A stretch of 63,977 nucleotides of DNA, filler included. It is 6 parts of 6 records of this genome, joined end to end, with 100 filler letters (N's around TTAATTAATTAA, not from the genome) between each part and the next. Parts side by side here need not be neighbours in the genome. Positions count along the whole stretch, not along the records: positions 16,025 to 21,106 come from SRR31156797_8562; positions 21,207 to 28,931 come from SRR31156797_8570; positions 29,032 to 50,740 come from SRR31156797_8573; 3 more parts are not named here. One strand, given 5' to 3'. Numbering within the stretch: position 1 is the stretch's first letter; each line of letters begins with the position of its first letter. Below are positions 18,323 to 30,532 of the stretch, one piece after another. The translations under genes were made by a program, and so were the position numbers. The notes under the pieces are model-generated. The model was not told where the DNA came from, searched no databases, and saw nothing but the letters and a program-made list of their open reading frames with translations.

Positions 18323-21106
18323 TTACGGACCTGTCAGGAAGAGGTCAAATCCTCTCATATCGTCATTGTCGCAGTCACCGTCACCGTCGGCATCGGCAAA
18401 CTCGCAACCGGGCTCTACCGGAACACCATCACCCGAGAAACAGACCTGGTACATACCATAGTCCATCAGGTCCAGGTCGGTATCGCCATCGGCAGAGACC
18501 GGAACCGGAACCAGGGCAATGTTGTCAACCGATGCATACGAATCACCAAGACCCCAGGTTCCGATGCCTCCCGTTGCAAATGCAATCGTGTAGGCTTCGA
18601 ATCCCACCATGAACGGCGGGGTTGGGCCATAGACGGTGTTGAAGTCTTCGGAAAGGACAGGTACGCCACCGACCTGGATCTCAAGATTGTCGATCCAGAT
18701 GTCAGCTGCTGGTCCTTCCGTGACATCATTCGTGTAACAGATCAGGACGACCGAGTAGGTACCGGCAGCGGGATCTACGAAACCACCAGTCAGAGCGGTA
18801 TCGAGAGTACCACCAACCGAATGCCACGAGCCATCCGCAACACCTTCGAAGTAAAGATAGTTGCCTTCGCCGTATTCAACACGAAGAACCGGGAAACCAG
18901 CAACTTCACCTGCACCAACGGTCCAATCCGCCTTGACATCGGCAGTCACAGACACCTGGCTCAGATCACTGAGATCGATTGCAATATCGTGCCATGCAAG
19001 GCCAACCCAGTACGTTGCGCCGGCCTCGTTGGGATCATGCCAGATGCCATCCAGGCCGAGGTATCCGGTTCCGCTGCCGTCAGCGCCACAGCCGACGCAT
19101 CCTTCAGCGATCGTCGCGCCCGGACCAGCCATCCAGCCACCGGCAAACGCGTTTTCGCCTTCGATGCCATAATCCCAGTCACCGGTACCACCATCAAAGT
19201 TGCCACCAGGAGCAGCAAGACTGGAGCCAGCGGTTTCAAGCGGACCACCAATCGTCTGCCAGGCACCGGTCGCCTGCGTGTGGAAGTAGAATCGACCAAC
19301 TTCCGTCTGAAGCGGATTATCACACGGTGAAATCTGGATGTTATCGAAGTAGAGCGAGCCACCCCAGTTTCCGAAGGAACCCTGATCGCCCGTTCCCTTA
19401 ATCAAAAGCGCGATACTATAGGTTGCATCAAGATCCAGAGTAAAATCACCACTTCCGCCATTGGCAGTCGACAACGCACCACCAATAGATTCCCAGGCAC
19501 CGGTTGCGATACCCGTGAATCCAATCCAGTCGCCTTCGGCATCTTCAAACTTCAGTTCATAATAAACGGGTTCCTGCAGCCAGGCCGTATTCCATTCGCC
19601 CTTGATGTCGGCATTCACAAAGGTCTGCGACAGATCCAGCGAGCTGATCGTCTGGTTTCTCCAGACCACACCGGCATACCATTCACCGACAGGATCAGCA
19701 GACGGATAGACGTCAGTAACTTCAATTTTTCCGCAGGCACCAGGATATCCGCCTGTAGCAAGACCGCGAATATAAACCGAACCTGTTTCGGTAACTTCAG
19801 AATCCGTGTAACCGAAGAAGGCTTCTTCGTGATCAATCTGTGGATTCCAGTTGTCAGAACCACCGGCCCAGCCTGGACCGCCAATCTGCACTTCCGAATC
19901 TTCGGTAATGGTTTCAAAATCTTCGTTCAGGCAGGGAACGAATTCGAAACCTTCCAGGCGGACTTCAAGATCGGCACCAATGGTATCACCCTTCACGTCA
20001 GCAAGAAGAGCGTAACGGCGGGTATCCGGAGTCGGGAACGGAGCCAGGTCATTCCAGAAGAGTCCTGCAAAGTAGTCGCTCCCAGTCAGATCATCATTCG
20101 GCATATCGAGGTTATCGACACGAATCGTTCCCCCACTACCCCAGCCAGTGCCGAAACTGACATTGACCGTCAGTGGATCGGAATAGGCATCGAACACGCC
20201 TTCAGCGGGATTGTTCTCAAAATCACGTTCTTCAAATGTATTGAGTGCACCACCAATCGTGTGCCAGCTGTTATCCATCGTAGCCGATTCGTACACCATG
20301 CGGTTACCCGCGGTATCTTCTACAACCAGCGTAACCGTTCCGTAGGTCTCACCAGTGTCATCAGCATAGCCAAGAACATCAGCCGTCAGGCTGTAACCAC
20401 CCAGAAGATCCGGGTTGGCCGGTGCTCCGTTGACCATGATCGATACATCATCATAGAAACAGGCACCATCACCATTTCCTGTCGGAGAATGGAAGAACAA
20501 CTCAATACGAGCCTTGACCGCATTTGCCGGAGCAGTGGCCTGCAGATCATTTTCCATCCAGGTGTCATAGATGTCACTGGGTTCCAGAATCGTGATGCCA
20601 TTTGACGAGATCGTCGTATCGGTTGCATCAAGGAATCCAATTTCCATCGAAGCATAGTTGTCACCGGTGACCGCATCAGAAACCATATGCAGTGTCCAGC
20701 ACTTCAGATCAACCACATCACCTGCAGCGATCTCAACATCCTGGTAGCAGCTGGTATAGTTCGGAGCACCGAGCCACCAGACTTTCCACATTTTCAAAGC
20801 ATAACTGCCATGATGCGGAGGCGCCTGGCTGCCTTCCACGTACATACTTCCCTGCCAGCCCCAGTCATCTTCCAGCCAGTGCCCCTGACCACCGATGGTC
20901 CAGCCAGCCGGGTGCAGACCGAAGTCGAATCCCATCGACCCATCTTCTTCAAAGCTGCCATTACGGAACGTAGCCGGAAGAGTCGGGAACCCGGGGATTT
21001 CCCATTTCAGACCACCAAACCAGCCGCCGGTATTGACCGTAACGCCAGTGACGTCCATCACACCGCATTTCGAACCACCGACTCCCTGGGTCAGATCTGC
21101 GTATGG
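18323..21106 (-). CDS. Large acidic secreted multi-CBM-like protein with C-terminal dockerin-like domain (5' truncated)
   Basis: FRNGSFE CBM-like domain; four repeats with WxxIGGxL; ADGDTDLDLMD and DADGDGDCDNDD Ca loops. Confidence 0.75.
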   Translation of the reverse strand, partial: PYADLTQGVGGSKCGVMDVTGVTVNTGGWFGGLKWEIPGFPTLPATFRNGSFEEDGSMGFDFGLHPAGWTIGGQGHWLEDDWGWQGSMYVEGSQAPPHHGSYALKMWKVWWLGAPNYTSCYQDVEIAAGDVVDLKCWTLHMVSDAVTGDNYASMEIGFLDATDTTISSNGITILEPSDIYDTWMENDLQATAPANAVKARIELFFHSPTGNGDGACFYDDVSIMVNGAPANPDLLGGYSLTADVLGYADDTGETYGTVTLVVEDTAGNRMVYESATMDNSWHTIGGALNTFEERDFENNPAEGVFDAYSDPLTVNVSFGTGWGSGGTIRVDNLDMPNDDLTGSDYFAGLFWNDLAPFPTPDTRRYALLADVKGDTIGADLEVRLEGFEFVPCLNEDFETITEDSEVQIGGPGWAGGSDNWNPQIDHEEAFFGYTDSEVTETGSVYIRGLATGGYPGACGKIEVTDVYPSADPVGEWYAGVVWRNQTISSLDLSQTFVNADIKGEWNTAWLQEPVYYELKFEDAEGDWIGFTGIATGAWESIGGALSTANGGSGDFTLDLDATYSIALLIKGTGDQGSFGNWGGSLYFDNIQISPCDNPLQTEVGRFYFHTQATGAWQTIGGPLETAGSSLAAPGGNFDGGTGDWDYGIEGENAFAGGWMAGPGATIAEGCVGCGADGSGTGYLGLDGIWHDPNEAGATYWVGLAWHDIAIDLSDLSQVSVTADVKADWTVGAGEVAGFPVLRVEYGEGNYLYFEGVADGSWHSVGGTLDTALTGGFVDPAAGTYSVVLICYTNDVTEGPAADIWIDNLEIQVGGVPVLSEDFNTVYGPTPPFMVGFEAYTIAFATGGIGTWGLGDSYASVDNIALVPVPVSADGDTDLDLMDYGMYQVCFSGDGVPVEPGCEFADADGDGDCDNDDMRGFDLFLTGP

Positions 21107-21206
21107 NNNNNNNNNNNNNNNNNNNNNNNNNNNNNNNNNNNNNNNNNNNNTTAATTAATTAANNNNNNNNNNNNNNNNNNNNNNNNNNNNNNNNNNNNNN
21201 NNNNNN
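21107..21206. other. Artificial contig spacer
   Basis: N run with TTAATTAATTAA. Confidence 0.99.
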
Positions 21207-21250
21207 GTCCCTGAGCGGAGAGGTCCCTGAGCGGAGCCGAAGGGCCGAAG
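21207..21250. repeat. REP-like short palindromic element, two nested copies
   Basis: GTCCCTGAGCGGAG occurs twice; the second copy completes CCCTGAGCGGAGCCGAAGGG. Confidence 0.55.
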
Positions 21251-21514
21251 TATCTACAAAAAAACAACGGCGTGACATGTCGGTAGCCATTTAAATAACA
21301 ACAACTCCGTAGGAGTGAAAAAGACAAAAGGAAAAAACATAACGGTAAAAAGAGAGATTTTTCAATTAGTAGAGCCTCAAGGCCGTGCGGCTCTACTACA
21401 ATTTGAAAAATCCACACACATAATTAGCATTAACTCCCTGAAATAAATCATGTTAATAAATCCCTTTTTTGATGAATGTTGCATTTTGATTGATCAATAT
21501 TGAATCATAAGTGT

Positions 21515-21522
21515 TACTTTTG
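21515..21522 (+). promoter_or_regulatory. Bacteroidota -7 promoter element
   Basis: TACTTTTG matches TAnnTTTG, about 40 bp before the ATG; AT-rich leader with no SD. Confidence 0.6.
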
Positions 21523-21563
21523 CCGTAAATTTAGGCATCGCAATAAGTTAAAACAATTTCAAT

Positions 21564-24500
21564 ATGAGTTATTTATCGAAACTTTGGGTATTAGGGATAA
21601 TTATGTTTGTTTCATTATTTAGTTATGGACAAACTGGTCCCGGAGGCATTGGAAACATTGACGGGACAGATGGACAACCTGTTATCACCATGTGGTTTCT
21701 TCCCGATTCATTGGGATTAACAGATGGAAATGATGTGCTAACATGGACTGATCATTCAGGTAATGGTTATGATCTCACAGCTGCATCGGCCACATCTCCT
21801 ATTTTCCGATCCAATGCTTTGAACGGTCACGACTATATTGAATTTTCAAAAAATGACAACAGGATTGTACGAAATCCTTTTGACATGCCTTCTGATGCTG
21901 TTTCCGTATTCATAGTGCTACGCAGCACTGATGGTGGTGATGGATTATTATCTTATGCCGTTACCGGACAAAGTAATGAATATCTTTTCTACAATAGTAA
22001 CTCACATAACACTTATATTGGCGGAAACAATACCGATCTTGGTGTTGATTATAGCGATGGTAACTGGAATATTATGGCTCATCAATGGAGAAATGTTGAT
22101 GGTAGATTATATCTGCATGTTAATGGTACAGAAGAAGCCAATACTACCCACAGAGCTGGTTATGCCATCACGCAAAATGGTTCTTTAGCCATTGGTGGAG
22201 AGCAAGATGCTGTAGATGGAGGATACACTCCTGCACAGGATTATGATGGCGACATTGCTGAAATAATCATTTATGGTTCTTCATTGAATCAGGCCCAAAG
22301 AACAGTAATTGAAAACTATCTGGCTCAAAAATATGGATTGGATGCCAGTTTACCACAGGACTATTATGTGCCTGCAGACGCGAGTTACATAGTGAGCTTA
22401 TCGGGTGTTGGAAAAGAGAATGATGGATTCAGCGAGCTAAGTTCAGATGGATTTGTAGCTTTTGAAGAAACAAATTTTGATAATGGTGAATACCTCATGG
22501 CTGCACACGATGGTTCTGCCAATAGCGTGGACAATTCTCCATCTGTAGTGCATGCTGAAGTTGAAGCAAGCTGGAGCAGAAACTGGTATTTATACAAGCC
22601 CGCTGGTACAGATGTAGATGTAAACATTGGATTTGATTTAGGTGATGGAATTGGCGGTGATTATCCTATTGATATAGATAACTATAGATTATTATACAAA
22701 GCAACTCCGGGTGCCAGTTATGACACCATTGAATCAGCAGACAGGGGTATAACTAATGGCGATCAAATTTATTTTTTAATTGAAAATGCCAATTTAGCCA
22801 GTGGTTATTATACTTTAGGAACCATTGATCAGACCAACTCACCGGTTGAAGGCGCTCCTGCCAGAACCTGGTATACGCTTATTTCAGGTGACTGGGAAGA
22901 TTGGGAGACCTGGACATTAGACCCTTCGGGTGCTTTGCCTGACAACCCGGGTCATAATATACCAAGCGAAGATGATGCGGACCGAATTGTTATTCTTTCC
23001 GGACGTAGTGTGACTGTAAATTCCAATAATATCAATAATGCATTTATTAAAATAGATGGAGAAATTGATTTTCAGGCTACCACTGGCCATTCTTTTTATG
23101 AAATACAGGGATCCGGTAGGATTAGATTAGCAGGTGATAATTTCCCTTCAGGAAATGCCAGTAATTTCTATACTGAAGGAAAAGGTGAAGGTACCGTTGA
23201 ATATTATGGCACAAGTTTCACCCTTGCTCAAAATTTAGAGTTTTTCAACCTGAATATTTCATTGGATGATCCAAATCAAACATTAACATTAATGACCGAT
23301 TATACCATTAATGGAGACTTGTTGATTGACACCGGTGAACTTCAAATAAATAACTTTGCCATCCCAACGGCCCGGAATATTATAGTGTATGGCGATGTAA
23401 ATGTAAGTACCGAAGGTAAAATCCTGACAGGTACTGCCAATGCTCGTCACCAGTTTGATTTTTATGGCGATTTAAATAATAATGGTATTGTAAAATTCAC
23501 CAACAGAGCAGCCCCTAATTACACTAGTGAAGCAACAAATGGTATTGTAGATGCCAACTTCATCAATGATTTTGAAAACCAGCAAATCAATTGCGATAGT
23601 ACAACTTTCTTTTACAGAATAGAAATTGACAAGGGAACAGACATGACCTACGAGTTGCTCATTAGAGCATCAAATTCAGATCATTTCGAAATATATGGTT
23701 ATGCAAACCAGGGACATGGTTCCGTTGATCAATTGGCAACTAATGATAACGCACTGGGTCTTTTACGTGGAACAGTCAGAATTGGAAATAATGTATCTAT
23801 AGATGTTTTAAATAATAGTGGTAACTATAATGTTTCGGAAGCTGCCCGCCTATGGGTTGATGGTGGTTTTGTGGCCAAAAACAGCGGTACAGCAATCGTT
23901 CCCTATGGCGAAATTGATGTGACCAAAGGTACACTTGAGGCAAGAGTTAATAGTGGTATCACAACCCGGGGGAATGGACTTATAAAAGTCGAAGGAGGTA
24001 CTATAAATACCAATCAAATACGTACTTCTGTTTTGGGAGCAGAAAATGTGGGTGGTTATGTTCAAAGTGGAGGAACTACTAATATTTTAGGAACAAGCAC
24101 AAATGGTGATTATTACTGTTTCAATTTAACATATAGTGGTAATGTTTTTAACATGTCTGGTGGTACATTACACATACACGAAGCACACGGTAAGGGTGGT
24201 TTGTTTATTGCTTCGTCTGAAGTCAACCAAAATGTAACAGGCGGAACAGTTATTTTCGAAATTGATGACAGCAATGACTTTAATATTACCTCAGCCGCAC
24301 CATTTTATGATGTAATTTTAAGAAATTCATCCGGCGGATCAGGAGAACATATTTTAGCAGAAGGTGTTGATGTGGGGGCCACTGATGAAGACTTAGCAGC
24401 ACAACCTTTAGTTGTGTTGAATGACCTTACTATAGAAGCAGATGCCTTCCTTAATCATGATGGAAATGATGTGTATATCGGTCGTGATTTTTATATTGAT

Positions 24501-27500
24501 CGTGACGCCCAAACTCCAACATTTGACGATTCCGGAATTAGTGATAGCTATAACGATTATAATGTAGGGTATCTTTTCGATCAAACTAAACCCAATAATA
24601 CGGTATTCAATGGCGAAGAAGATGGGGAGTTTTATATTGGATATAATACATCTGATGGTTTTGAACAATATTTTCACAACATTGTAATTGAAAAATCCGG
24701 AAGTAGCAGGGTTACAGTTGTTTGTGACACCGAAAAAACAGCACAATATCAGGAAGATAATGGTCGCAACCACTGGTATGCCAGAATTGTAAGGGTTCAG
24801 GACACCTTAAAAGTAAATAGTGGGATCTTCGATCAGGGACAAAGTGCTTTCCGTTTATATGGCCCACTTTCAATCAGCTCCACAGGTCAATGTGGCGTAT
24901 ACGAACAAGGTGTAACTCACAAATGGGCATGGGTAATGTTAAAAGATGCCGACCTGAATATTTCCACTGAAACAGGGGCTATCATGGGTAACGTGAAAAT
25001 GAACCCCAACCCAACTACTGATATTATCAACTTTACAAGTGATGTGTATATCAAAAGAATTGGTTATTTCCATGGTCGCATAAACTTACAAAGTAATGAA
25101 CTTAAACTCGATTATCTACATGATGGGTTAACAGAAAACAATTATGATATTAGCAATGGTCGTGCGTCGGATGAAATGTTTTATACAACCGGTGCAGACT
25201 CAGATGGGGGATTACTGCTTTATATACCTGCAGGAACCGCTGATGGAACAGATTTTCCGTTTCCACTTGGTGTTGCCGGAAAATATACGCCTGCTGAAGT
25301 TCGATTGAGCAATGTAACCGATGATGGTTATATCAGTATCAGACCTGTTGATGGTGAATTACAAACAACAGATTTATCCGGAGGTGATTTATTGGATTAT
25401 TATTGGAAAATTGATTATGAAGATTTTAGCTCATTACCAACTATAGACAGGGTTCGTTTTGAATACAATAATGCTGATATTGTAGGGAACGAAAACAATT
25501 ATGTGGCCGGAAAAGTATTGAATGTGTATCCATTCGAGCGTGAATATGAAGATGATGACTTTGCACAATCAGAAGGAGTGGATGCAGGAAACAACCGAAT
25601 TACCTTCAACGGACAGACAGATGCTGGTTTTACACTTGAAAAAGCGAGTTACACTGCAGGTGTTACAGGTCGTTTTACAGGTAGTCCTGAAATCTTTTAT
25701 GTACGTGCAAATGGTGATTGGGATAATGGAAACACATGGTCTTATTCAAGAGGAGGCGGAGCCGCAGGCGATTATCCTCAAGCAGGTGACATTGCCATAA
25801 TGCGAAGATTAACAACAGGATACTCAGGTATCGTAAACATTAGAACAGCCCAAAATGCAGCAGCTGTTATATATGACGATGAAAATGGATTCAGTAGCGG
25901 CTGTCCACGAATTGTGTTTACCACAGATAATAATTATGCTGCTTATGATAGCTATTTCCAGGTTGTAGATGTGGCGGACACACACGAAGGAGGCACACTG
26001 ACTTATAATACCCATGGGGCAGTTGTTCAATATAATATCAATGATGATTATTCCAATGCCAATTCATCACTGCAATTTGATGGAAATGACGATTTTATAG
26101 CCATTCAATCATACAATTACACTGCTGCTCAAACAGCGTTGACTGTAGAAGCATGGATCAAAACAAGTAGTGGTAGCGACCAGGTTATTGCATCCTATGA
26201 CAGGAATGAATACTGGCGCTTAGAGGTAAATGGAGAAGGTGGTGGAACGGGTCAAATTGGTTTTGACTTAATGACAGATGCAGGCCAGCTAGACTTTGGA
26301 GGAAGTACAAGAATAGATGATGGCAACTGGCACCACATTGCTGCTGTGTATGATAATGGTAACGTATATATTTATGTGGATGGAAATTTAGATAATTCAA
26401 CCAGTAGTGGAACAACATTTGGTTCCGGCAATACAAGATATGGATTTATAGGTGTTGGATCTGAAGCCGATGTATTCAATGGCTCAACCGGACCAACCAA
26501 CTACTTTGATGGTAATATTTCAGAATTCAGAGTTTGGAACATAGCAAGATCACAAGGTGATATTCAAAGTACCATGAATGGTGCTTTAGCAGGTACAGAA
26601 CCCGGATTAGTGATGTACCATAAATTAGATGGTAATGGATCTGATGCAACAGCTACAGACTATTCGTCAAATGGATATGATGGAGACTTACAAAACTTTA
26701 GCCTGCCCGGTTCATGGCAAACAATTCATCCATGGGGTAGTGCATTCCCGGGAGGTGATTTCGGCGGATTTAACGATTATCCAAACGCACTTGTTATCTA
26801 TGGTTGGGATGGCGCCACTGCCAATGCAGATATTACGCTGTCGGCACAAGCTAATGAGTATCCACAAATGTGGTTCTCCGGTGGAAATAATAGCAGGGTT
26901 ATTCGTTTTCCAAATACTGATATGACCATTAAAGGTGGATTTACCATACCAGGACAAGTTATTGTTGTGGCAAATGGTGAATCAAAAAACACCATCACAT
27001 TTGAACAAAACGTGAACGTAGGACACCCTACTTGTTGTGGATTCCAGGGTCAATTCTTAATGCCTGGTGCGGATCCCGAATCAGTGACAATTGATATAAA
27101 AAAGAACCTGAAAGTAACTGGTAATGCTAATTCATTATTGGGTATAGAAAATGCCGCTTCAGGTATTAGTATACACAGAATAAAAGTTGCAGGTAATGTT
27201 TCTATTGAGGCCACAGGTGGTAAAATACAACTTGGTGATGGCGACGTAGCCAAAAGTAACGTTGAATTAGAACTAACCGGTGAATCAGACAATACATTTA
27301 CAAATAATTACGCAGCCAGTCACACACCACAATTCTACCGAATTATAATGAATAAAGGTGCCGATACAACCTATTCATTTGCATTCAATAATACTTTCAC
27401 ACTCACAGGATCCACAGATGGTGTAGATGAGCCTAAAGCAGTGGAACTTGAAAATGGACTACTCATTTTTGATGATGCTTCCATCAATGTGGATTTAACC

Positions 27501-28931
27501 ACGGGTGATGATGATTTTTATATCCCTGGTTCATCTGGTCTTGAATTAAGAACAGGACAATTGAATGCCAACGGTTCAAGTGGAATTCGCCTGGATGGAA
27601 TGCTAAGAAATGCCGGTGGTACCATTGATATGAGTGGCGGCGATAATTATATCGAATATTCTGCCAGTGGTAACGCCAAAATAGATGTTTCTGACGGAAC
27701 ATTAATAGTTGGCGGTCAAATAAGAAGGGGATTAAGCTCAACGCAAGGTATATTACAATACTATCAATCAGGTGGAGAAGTTGTTGTGGGTAATAACTCA
27801 GCTCCTGAAAATAGCAGAGGTGTATTAGAAATTGCCAATAATGGCAGTAGATTTAACTTAACCGGAGGAACGTTATATATCAACAGAGCGCAATCATCTC
27901 CTCAAATCGCTGCTTTTTATCTTGACCCTCAAAACTCAACCATATCAGGAGAAGCATCTATTCACCTGGGGTATTCTAATACACCTGCCAGTCAGGAAAT
28001 TGGAGTTTATTCCACAGTAGATTTACCAAAACTGGTTGCTGACAATAGCTCCGGGAACACACCTACCATCAAGCAGTGGGTTGTACCTTTGACAATTACT
28101 GATACACTCTTAATACAGGCAGGGGCCGACTATGACGCCAACGGACTTGACTTAACTGTCAGTGGAAACTTCATCAATAATGGAACATTTATTCCAAATG
28201 GCAACACTACATACTTTAATGGAACAGCCAATCAGGTAGTAAATGGTGCAAGTGCAACTTCATTCTATAACTTAACATATAGTAGTGATCAGGACTTCTC
28301 CATTACTAATGATGTTCTTGTGAGCAATATCTTTGATATGGCGACAGGCACATTTACCGATAACGATAACACTTTAACTGTAGAAGGAAACATCAATTTT
28401 GGTGGAACCCATAACTGGGGTGGTTCAAGTAACGGTATATATTTAAATGGTAACGATGAGCAAATCATGACCGGAGCCGGTACTTATGCCCGCTTAACCA
28501 TTGAAAACTCAGATGGTGTAAGTATTGACCCAAATACAGGATCTGATATCGCTATTACCAATGAATTGCAGTTAAATGAAGGTGTACTGGATATTGATCA
28601 ATATCTGCTTTACCTACAAACCAATGCAGAGATTACTACTACCGCAGCATTCGATGAAAACACACTGGTGCAAACCAATATTTCTTTTACCGATGCCGGT
28701 ATTTTGAAAGATTTTCCTGCCATAGCCGCTACAACTGATTATGAATTTCCGGTAGGTGTAGGTGGAAAATATACACCTGTATCCTTCTCCATTGATAATG
28801 TGGATGCCGGAGGAAGTATCCGTATCAAGGCCGCTAACGAAATGCAGCCTACTATAACAGATGATAATGATGAGACTTGTGAGTTTGATGACTTACAAAA
28901 CGTATTGCAGTATCACTGGATTTTAGAAGCT
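21564..28931 (+). CDS. Giant secreted LamG/pentraxin-domain surface protein, probable T9SS cargo (3' truncated)
   Basis: Signal peptide ..SYGQTGPGG; two LamG-like domains (LAIGGEQD..GDIAEIIIY; TVEAWIK..WHHIAAVY..FDGNISEFRVW); G/N/T-rich beta-solenoid repeats; more than 2450 aa. Confidence 0.8.
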
Positions 28932-29031
28932 NNNNNNNNNNNNNNNNNNNNNNNNNNNNNNNNNNNNNNNNNNNNTTAATTAATTAANNNNNNNNNNNNN
29001 NNNNNNNNNNNNNNNNNNNNNNNNNNNNNNN
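28932..29031. other. Artificial contig spacer
   Basis: N run with TTAATTAATTAA. Confidence 0.99.
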
Positions 29032-30071
29032 CTCAGCCCTTCCAGCCACGGCATACCGATAGCGTTAATCCCTTCTCCCATTCCCCACCAGTCGGGCAGG
29101 CTCGAACCTGGGGGCGTGTGAAAGAGAACGCCGAACGTCTTCGGGTATGACTGGTACGTATCCAGCGTGCCGTGCATACCGTACCCCAGGCGATTCGGTG
29201 CAATTAAACCCTCGGCTCCCGGCGAGTACGTGCAGGCAAATGGAGCGCCTAAACCAATCCCTAGAGCAACTTTCGTCAGTCTCGATGGATGTCCAATCGG
29301 GCGGTGGTTAAAAAATCCCAGCGCGCTTTTCCAGATGTCCTGTGTGGTACTGCGACCCAGTGGCCAATCGTATTCACTGTCATACCCCCTCAGTCTCATC
29401 TCGGAAATGTACAGGTCCACCCACTCATCTTTCATTCCCTGGGCTTTCTGTGGATCATTGGCGGCGATTTCTTCCATCTCCAGATACGTGAATGATCCAA
29501 AACTGAACATCATGTCTGTGAAGCCGAAGTAGTTGCAATCGTGCTGTTGAAAGTTGCTCGGCGAGTAGTAACCGTACCTGGAATGTTCATGACACCATGT
29601 TGCAGGGGATTCGAGCATCATTGATTGAAGGACTGGCATTTGTTCCCATTCCTTCGATGCTTTTGTCCAGGGTCTCTCTTGCCCGTGGATCATCATGGGC
29701 AATTTCAGCCAGTCGTTATCTACAAACCCCTGGTAATTTCGTCCCACAAATCCGGTTTCATTGAACACCAGCTCGGCGCTCACCATTCGTGTCTGTTCTA
29801 ATGGATAACTGAACTGTGATTCCCCGATTAGTGGTTTCGGAGCAGCTCGGAATTGAATATTCCGAGGAAGCCACAATTGAAGATAGGTCGGCCCCCAATG
29901 GTAAGAGATACCGTAGAACGTCAGGTAATCATGTAATGGGTGGGCAAGGCGGGCCCACATCTGCCTGAATGATCTGTCACCCAGCGGGGGATTCTCTGGA
30001 TCCGGTACGGGGATCGGATTCGGCAGGATGATGTCTGATTGACAGCAACAATTGTGATGGGCGGTCGGCAT
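29032..30071 (-). CDS. Putative tail tip/receptor-binding protein (truncated)
   Basis: Third gene after the tape measure; TAATG coupling; N-terminal MPTAHHNCCC; aromatic-rich. Confidence 0.5.
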
Positions 30072-30532
30072 TATCCACATGCTCCATCGATGCTGTTCGG
30101 GGAAAGCATCATGTATTCCAGCTCGGACACCTTGATCACCGGGATCGGTGGCCGTTTTTCCGGTTCTTCAATCACCCAGGATTTCAAGGCAAACGTCCCA
30201 GTCAGGTTGTCCACGTTGACATTGTTCCCCTCGATGCCGGATCCGGTGTTCACTTCCTCGTAGGGATTCAGGATCACCGGTCCGCCCTCGAAAAAGAAAT
30301 TAACCTCAGCGGTCACGAATTGCCGATTTGCAGGATCCCGCACCAACAGGTGGCCGTAGTACTCCCAACGGTTGGCGCTGATCTCATTGACCGCGGTTGC
30401 CCTGGCCCACTTCACCAGGCTGACCTGGTGTTGTTGCCTGGCTTTCCTGGGACCGGACAGGCGGACCTTTTCCGTGCTTCGCACTGCCTGGCGGACCCGC
30501 TTGATAAAATCAGGATCAAACCGCTGGATCAT
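30071..30532 (-). CDS. Phage tail-region hypothetical protein
   Basis: ATGA-coupled start MIQRFDPDF; the longer ORF-track start overlaps the upstream gene. Confidence 0.65.
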   Translation of the reverse strand: MIQRFDPDFIKRVRQAVRSTEKVRLSGPRKARQQHQVSLVKWARATAVNEISANRWEYYGHLLVRDPANRQFVTAEVNFFFEGGPVILNPYEEVNTGSGIEGNNVNVDNLTGTFALKSWVIEEPEKRPPIPVIKVSELEYMMLSPNSIDGACG

